From the NCBI GenBank assembly GCA_964536865.1, contig CAZHYN010000002.1, forward strand, positions 60,001-92,000: DNA of 32,000 nucleotides, written 5' to 3'. The notes beneath the pieces were generated by a model. The model did no database searches. It was not told the DNA's origin and was given only the letters and a program-made list of their open reading frames with translations. The position numbers and the translations under genes were made by a program. This document shows positions 27,232-32,000 of the stretch, piece by piece. Source of the DNA: an uncultured Planctomycetia bacterium (GTDB lineage: Bacteria > Omnitrophota > Gorgyraeia > Duberdicusellales > 4484-171). Every line of letters begins with the position of its first letter. The stretch's first letter is position 1.

Positions 27232-27600
27232 TTACAGGGGCTGGGCTTCTTTTAATTTTTCCAGCTCTTCTATAGTCTTTTCCGCAACAATTTTTTCTTT
27301 ATTATAATGCTTTATCATCCGCTGCAAGCATTTCCCTTTTTCTTTAACATCACCAAGATACTTAGCGCAAAGTTCCATAAATTTCTTTGTCTGTTCCACG
27401 TTATTTTTTACGTCCTCCGGTATCTTCTCGCTATCATGCCTTACCGCCTCATTGGGGCATGCGCTATGGCAAATACCACAATGGATGCATTCTTCCATAT
27501 TTATCTTTGCTTTTCCATCCTCCATTGAAATTGCCCCTACAGGACATTTCTCTACGCATATTCCGCAACCAACACATCCATCTTTGTCAACCCATGGCAT
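27232..27600 (-). CDS. 2x[4Fe-4S] ferredoxin-domain protein with ~60-aa helical C-terminal extension
   Basis: CVGCGICVEKCP and CIHCGICHSACP motifs. SD AGGAGG. 122 aa. Confidence 0.85.
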   Translation of the reverse strand: MPWVDKDGCVGCGICVEKCPVGAISMEDGKAKINMEECIHCGICHSACPNEAVRHDSEKIPEDVKNNVEQTKKFMELCAKYLGDVKEKGKCLQRMIKHYNKEKIVAEKTIEELEKLKEAQPL

Positions 27601-27633
27601 TTTAGTACCTCCTATTTAGATTCCTGGTTTAGT

Positions 27634-27668
27634 CCTCTATAGCAAACCATTTATATAGAGGCCTCTAT
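27634..27668. promoter_or_regulatory. Operator-like inverted repeats upstream of the ferredoxin gene
   Basis: CCTCTATA (27634-41), 12 nt, TATAGAGG (27654-61). This overlaps a perfect 14-bp palindrome ATAGAGGCCTCTAT (27655-68). It lies 35-70 nt upstream of ATG 27600. Confidence 0.3.
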
Positions 27669-27723
27669 TAATTTTATTATCCTCTGACAGGAATTCGGAA
27701 GACTCTATACTGCTCCCTGTTGA

Positions 27724-28401
27724 CTATCGATACTCTCTCCTGCCAAATATAACTGTCCCTAATCTTATCATATTAGCTCCCTCTTCAATTGCTACTTTAT
27801 AAGAATTAGACATACCCATAGAAAGATATTTTAACTCTACATTGGGGATATTGGCTTCCTTTAATCTATTGAAAAATTCCTTTGTCTTTCTAAAATAAAC
27901 TCTTACATCTTCAGGGTTACCTGTTCTTGGCCCCATAGTCATCAAACCTTCCAATTTTAAATAATTTAACTTAGAAATATACTCTGCTAACTCTTTTATA
28001 ATCTCATACTCTGGTTTTACTCCTGCTTTAGTTATCTCACTGCCTATGTTTATCTCTATAAAAACAGATATTTTTTTATTCAAATTATGAGCCCTTTTAT
28101 TTATTGCCTCAGCAAGCTCAGAAGAATCAACTGTCTGAATACAATCAAATACTTTTAGTGCTTTGTTAATTTTATTTTTCTGCAAAGCACCAATCAAATG
28201 CCATTTTACTTTTCCTGCCTTTTCTCCTAATTCCTGATACATCTTTTCTGCTTCCTGAACATAATTCTCTCCGATGATTTCCGCACCTGCAGAAATTGCT
28301 TCTTCTATCTCCTCTTTCGTTCTCGTCTTAGCTGCTAAAACTATCTGCACATAATCAGGTATTTCCTCTCTAACTTTTAAAAAATTATCTCTTATATTCA
28401 T
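27724..28401 (-). CDS. yggS: YggS-family pyridoxal-phosphate homeostasis protein
   Basis: AAKTRT (PLP lysine region), HLIGALQKNK and LSMGMSNSY...IRLGTVIFG motifs. 225 aa. Confidence 0.9.
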   Translation of the reverse strand: MNIRDNFLKVREEIPDYVQIVLAAKTRTKEEIEEAISAGAEIIGENYVQEAEKMYQELGEKAGKVKWHLIGALQKNKINKALKVFDCIQTVDSSELAEAINKRAHNLNKKISVFIEINIGSEITKAGVKPEYEIIKELAEYISKLNYLKLEGLMTMGPRTGNPEDVRVYFRKTKEFFNRLKEANIPNVELKYLSMGMSNSYKVAIEEGANMIRLGTVIFGRREYR

Positions 28402-28928
28402 TAACTCTCCTTAAGAGCCTTAATCAATTCTCTACAATAATAAGGGATGTCTTTTACAACTCTTCCCCATACTAAATTCCCATCACGAAATGCAGCCCTG
28501 TCTTCCCAGATAGCACCAGCATTCTCCAAATCATCTTTTATTCCTCTTGAACCTGTTGCTTTTTTCCCTTTAACAATACCTGCTGATATCCCTACTAAAC
28601 CTGCGTGACAAATCATTCCTATAATTTTATTACGTTTATAAATTTCCTTTACTAAATCAAGAATATCCTTATCTCTTCTTAATTTATCTGGAGCCCAACC
28701 TCCGGGAATCAAAATTGCATCTACTTCATCTGGATTAATTTCAGAAGCTCTATACTCACTTTTTACTTTTAACCCTCCAGATTTGCTTATATACTCCTCA
28801 TCTTTTTTCAATCCTACTATTTTGATATCTGCTCCTTCCTCCAACATTCTCATATAAACCACCCAGAACTCCAAATCTTCGTAACCGGGTCCTACCAACA
28901 TAACTATTTTCTTCCCCTTTAATTTCAT
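28401..28928 (-). CDS. DJ-1/PfpI-family protein (PfpI-like protease/deglycase)
   Basis: ILIPGGWAP and nucleophile-elbow ICHAG motifs. 175 aa. TAATG overlap with yggS. Confidence 0.85.
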   Translation of the reverse strand: MKLKGKKIVMLVGPGYEDLEFWVVYMRMLEEGADIKIVGLKKDEEYISKSGGLKVKSEYRASEINPDEVDAILIPGGWAPDKLRRDKDILDLVKEIYKRNKIIGMICHAGLVGISAGIVKGKKATGSRGIKDDLENAGAIWEDRAAFRDGNLVWGRVVKDIPYYCRELIKALKES

Positions 28929-28940
28929 AATTTACCTGTT

Positions 28941-29489
28941 CTAATGTTCTCTATAATCCTTTTCCCCTGCATATATGGGAACTTTTAACCAATTCTCTGG
29001 CGGAGTAAACGGACAGGCATAATCTTTACTATAAGCACACCAAGGATTATAGGCTTTGTTAAAATCTAAAATCCATTTACCTTCCGAAGTTAAATCTCTA
29101 TCTGCTTCTAAATCCAGATACCTGCCTGCTCCGTAAGTCTCTTTACCAGAAGTTAAATCTCTAAAAGGGACAAATAATCTCTCATCCTGCTCGTCTGACT
29201 TATATGCCTGCAATTTACAATCAACTCCATCTACCCTGAATCTGAATTCTCCCCATCTTATAAACTTCCTTATATTCCCTTTGGTATCCTCTATTTCTAA
29301 AACGTTCTTCTGAGAATGTTCAAACAGTTCTAACTCAAATCTATATTTAATATCAGGTGGATAGTAATTTAATCCTTTAAAATGCTCTTTTTCTTCCCAG
29401 GGAATAGGAGACTGAAAACTCCACTTAAAGAAATTATCTTTTTGCTTTCTTTCTTCCTCAATATCATTCTTCCATTTCTCAACATCCAT
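28941..29489 (-). CDS. DUF1684 domain protein
   Basis: KDNFFKWSFQSPIP...FKGLNYYPPD...GAGRYLD...AYNPWCAY pattern typical of DUF1684. 182 aa. Confidence 0.7.
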   Translation of the reverse strand: MDVEKWKNDIEEERKQKDNFFKWSFQSPIPWEEKEHFKGLNYYPPDIKYRFELELFEHSQKNVLEIEDTKGNIRKFIRWGEFRFRVDGVDCKLQAYKSDEQDERLFVPFRDLTSGKETYGAGRYLDLEADRDLTSEGKWILDFNKAYNPWCAYSKDYACPFTPPENWLKVPIYAGEKDYREH

Positions 29490-30053
29490 TTATTTCCCTC
29501 CTTTTCTAAAATTTAATATCTGGCACTCATTGTAATAATCATTATGTAAACATCTTTTAACTAACTTTTTCTCAAAAATAAACCCTATCTCCTCAACTTC
29601 TTTTATAATATCTTCCAGACTCAGAGAAGCCAGTTCCCTCAGAGGAAAGTCGTCTTTATAATGCTTGGGATAAACAGAAAAAAGTCCATCTTTTTTTAAT
29701 ACCCTGTAAACTTCTTTATAAATTTTCTCTCTATTTTTTTCATAATGAATAACATCGTAACATAAAACTGCATCTAAAAAGTCATCCCCCAGAGGAATTT
29801 TCGTCTCTGTTTGAATTATCTCTATATTTTCCAACTTTTCTTCAGTGAGTATCTGTCTCAACTTATTCAATACTCCTCTATCCTTATCCAAAGCATAAAC
29901 TCTACCATTCTTTCCTACAACTTTTGCCGCTGGAATTGTATAATGACCCTCTCCACAACCAAAGTCCAACACAATTTGTCCCTTCTTTAAACCAATACTC
30001 CTCAAAAATCTTCCTCCATCTTCATTTATCCACTTCCTTACATCCCCATCCAT
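29490..30053 (-). CDS. Class I SAM-dependent methyltransferase
   Basis: VLDFGCGEGHYT motif I and RVLKKDGLF. Its stop directly abuts the DUF1684 ATG. Confidence 0.8.
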   Translation of the reverse strand: MDGDVRKWINEDGGRFLRSIGLKKGQIVLDFGCGEGHYTIPAAKVVGKNGRVYALDKDRGVLNKLRQILTEEKLENIEIIQTETKIPLGDDFLDAVLCYDVIHYEKNREKIYKEVYRVLKKDGLFSVYPKHYKDDFPLRELASLSLEDIIKEVEEIGFIFEKKLVKRCLHNDYYNECQILNFRKGGK

Positions 30054-30167
30054 TATCCTTCTATAGTTTAATCACTTATAAGTAATCCTTCTCATTACCC
30101 TATTCTCTCCTTCTAATCATTAAAACAACACTTTCTAAACTAACTCCTAAGAGAAAAACCTTAAATT

Positions 30168-30680
30168 CTAAAATTCAAGAGACTTTAATCTCTCTACATC
30201 TTTAAGTATTCTCCTGTGGGAAGAAAAAGGTATGTAAGGAATTTCTTTCTTTCTAAAAAATCTTGCCTCTTTTAATTCATTATTTACGAAAATCCTATCC
30301 TTAGAAACCCTTACCAAATAAGCTATTGCCAGAATAGTCCCGTATTTCTTAGTCTTCTGAATATAAACTCCTATTAGATTAGCAATTTCTCCTTCTATCT
30401 TAGTTTCTTCTCTTAACTCCCTTAAACAAGCCTCTCGAGGGTCTTCTTCCCACTCAACAAAACCTCCGGGAAGTGCCCATTTATTCTTTCCAGGCTCCAC
30501 ATTCCTCTTAGCTAAAAGAATTTTTCCTTCCTTGTCAATCGCTACACCCACTGCTACCGGTAGAGGATTTTTGTAATGTATCCACCCACACCTAAAGCAA
30601 ATTTGCCGAAGACAGCCGTCTATCTTTCGCCATCTTAAAGAGTGACTACAAAAAGGACAAAATTTAAAGTTGGTGTTCAT
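30168..30680 (-). CDS. NUDIX hydrolase with N-terminal zinc ribbon
   Basis: CPFCSH...CFRCGW ribbon followed by the Nudix box GGFVEWEEDPREACLRELREETKI. 170 aa. Confidence 0.85.
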   Translation of the reverse strand: MNTNFKFCPFCSHSLRWRKIDGCLRQICFRCGWIHYKNPLPVAVGVAIDKEGKILLAKRNVEPGKNKWALPGGFVEWEEDPREACLRELREETKIEGEIANLIGVYIQKTKKYGTILAIAYLVRVSKDRIFVNNELKEARFFRKKEIPYIPFSSHRRILKDVERLKSLEF

Positions 30681-30943
30681 CTCTTACACACTCCATCATC
30701 CGAGCAAGGCGGCCTATCGCAACGCTCACTTCTTCCACAACAGGTTCTTCCAGGAGAATTACTATTTTTATAATCAGTAGCGTAGAAGCCTGAGCCTTTA
30801 AAAATGAAACCTGCCCCTCCTTCAATAAGACGCCTAACTTTCTGACCACACCGGGGACAAACTTTTACCGGCTCCTCACTCATACTTTGAAATTTCTCAA
30901 ACCTATAACCGCACTCTTCACATAAATACTCATAAGTAGGCAT
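30677..30943 (-). CDS. FmdB-family zinc-ribbon protein
   Basis: MPTYEYLCEECGYRFE...CPRCG plus a Cys-rich tail. ATGA overlap with the Nudix gene. Confidence 0.8.
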   Translation of the reverse strand: MPTYEYLCEECGYRFEKFQSMSEEPVKVCPRCGQKVRRLIEGGAGFIFKGSGFYATDYKNSNSPGRTCCGRSERCDRPPCSDDGVCKR

Positions 30944-30953
30944 TCTATCCTCC

Positions 30954-31775
30954 TTATCTTTCTAAGTATGCTATTATCTTCTCTATTATTTCATCTGTAA
31001 CTTTAGAAGCAGCTAAATCTTTATTAAAATATACAAATGGTTTGCCTGAATCAGAAAGCTTAACAATTTCAGGCTCAACCGGTATTCTCCCTAAGAAAGG
31101 AACATTCAACTTTCTCGCTGAAGCTTCTGCCCCTCCCCTACCAAACAAATCTATCTCTTTTCCACAATAAGGACAAATGAAACCACTCATATTCTCTATT
31201 ATCCCAATTACAGGAACGTTTAACTCTTTAGCAAACAATACGCTCTTGCGGGAATCTAAAGTAGCTACATCCTGAGGAGTAGTAACAACTACTGCTCCAT
31301 TCAGGTTTGGTATAAGCTGACACACGCTTAAAGGTTCGTCTCCCGTACCTGGAGGAGAATCTATTACTAAATAATCAAGTCTTCCCCAATTTACATCAGA
31401 TAAGAATTGCTTAATTACGCCCATCTTAAGAGGGCCCCTCCATATAACAGGCTTCTCCTGGTCTTTGCCGACAAAAGCAAGGCTAATTGCCTTAAGATTA
31501 GGAAGCACTTTTATAGGCTCAATACCCTTATCTGAACCTGTAACCCTTGCTCCCTCTACTCCCAGCATTTTAGCAATATTAGGGCCATGAATATCCACAT
31601 CTAATATACCAATTTGCTTACCCCTAAGAGCTAAACTGTAGGCTAAATTTACAGCTATGGTAGTCTTTCCTACTCCACCTTTCCCACTTATAACAATAAT
31701 CTTATAGTTTATGCCGCACATTTTCTCCTTAAGACGTTCGTCTTGGGCTATCTTCTCTTCATTTATATTCTGCAT
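30954..31775 (-). CDS. Mrp/NBP35/ApbC-family Fe-S cluster carrier ATPase (short form, no N-terminal DUF59 domain)
   Basis: ISGKGGVGKTT deviant Walker A and the CPYCGKEIDLFG CxxC cluster-bridging motif. 273 aa. Confidence 0.9.
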   Translation of the reverse strand: MQNINEEKIAQDERLKEKMCGINYKIIVISGKGGVGKTTIAVNLAYSLALRGKQIGILDVDIHGPNIAKMLGVEGARVTGSDKGIEPIKVLPNLKAISLAFVGKDQEKPVIWRGPLKMGVIKQFLSDVNWGRLDYLVIDSPPGTGDEPLSVCQLIPNLNGAVVVTTPQDVATLDSRKSVLFAKELNVPVIGIIENMSGFICPYCGKEIDLFGRGGAEASARKLNVPFLGRIPVEPEIVKLSDSGKPFVYFNKDLAASKVTDEIIEKIIAYLER

Positions 31776-31799
31776 TACTTCCCTCCTGAAAACAGAAAG

Positions 31800-32000
31800 T
31801 TATGTAATCTCTTCCTCTAATCTATACCAGATTTTAGTAACCTCTCTCTTAGCTTCTGTATCCTGGTATTCTATAATTGTTTTTCCTTCTACCATAGCCT
31901 TTACTACAGACTCGTCAAATTTTATTTTGCCAATTATTGGAATATTATTAATCTGGCAGTAATTTTCTATTCTTTCAGTAACTTCAGTATTTAAATTAAA
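31800..32000 (-). CDS. C-terminal 66 codons of a MinD/ParA-superfamily P-loop ATPase (probably the ferredoxin-insert COG1149 type); 5' end outside the window
   Basis: My translation gives FNLNTEVTERIENYCQINNIPIIGKIKFDESVVKAMVEGKTIIEYQDTEAKREVTKIWYRLEEEIT, then TAA at 31802-31800. It resembles the tail of that family. The call rests on a short fragment only. Confidence 0.5.
   Translation of the reverse strand, partial: FNLNTEVTERIENYCQINNIPIIGKIKFDESVVKAMVEGKTIIEYQDTEAKREVTKIWYRLEEEIT

Noticed and set aside
30664-30849. 61-aa minus-strand ORF overlapping the FmdB gene in another frame
   Set aside because: It lies almost wholly inside the well-supported FmdB-family CDS (30677-30943), has no motif and has no ribosome-binding site.
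441-31962. All plus-strand ORFs in the supplied track: 441-812, 2299-2577, 5610-5792, 6267-6530, 6457-6672, 8630-8857, 9790-9972, 12996-13187, 13526-13744, 14707-14961, 17076-17267, 18316-18510, 23775-24047, 25457-25771, 27307-27528, 27387-27605, 31711-31962
   Set aside because: Each lies antisense to a minus-strand gene with clear family motifs. Their products are low-complexity S/L/F/P-rich strings, as expected from reading purine-rich genes backwards. None has a Shine-Dalgarno sequence.

Overview
This is an AT-rich bacterial chromosome segment, roughly 35-40% GC by eye. Every credible gene lies on the minus strand. I count 40 complete CDS, 2 edge-truncated CDS and 1 frameshifted pseudogene. 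Most are joined by 1-30 nt overlaps or spacers under 30 nt, so they look like long translationally coupled operons. All plus-strand ORFs in the track are shadows of minus-strand genes.

The content is mostly housekeeping:
- yceD-rpmF-plsX, coaD, rsmD and recG
- rtcA, a macro-Nudix fusion, an HD-type CCA-adding enzyme, an MJ0936-type phosphoesterase and a DUF151 nuclease
- nrdR, dCMP deaminase, glyA, rpiB and a tsaC-phosphatase fusion
- a purB-purSL-purQ-purM-purD-purE block
- a MarC / M48 / SNase / lipoprotein envelope cluster and a HAD-A31 protease fusion
- zinc ribbon / J-domain / methyltransferase, UDG4 and an HD hydrolase

The only large non-coding gap runs from about 26.35 to 27.23 kb. 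Beyond it is an operon with a redox and Fe-S flavour: a MinD-type ATPase tail, Mrp/ApbC, FmdB, Nudix, methyltransferase, DUF1684, PfpI, YggS and a ferredoxin.

I found no rRNA, tRNA, CRISPR array, integrase, transposase, or recognisable defence or toxin genes. I do not see a convincing novel multi-gene system. The points most worth a second look are:
- a tandem MITE-like element with a 12-bp target-site duplication inside the gap
- the broken DUF59 gene beside it
- a tightly coupled set of RNA-end / ADP-ribose enzymes around rtcA
- several unusual domain fusions

All family calls come from by-eye motif recognition. No database search was run.
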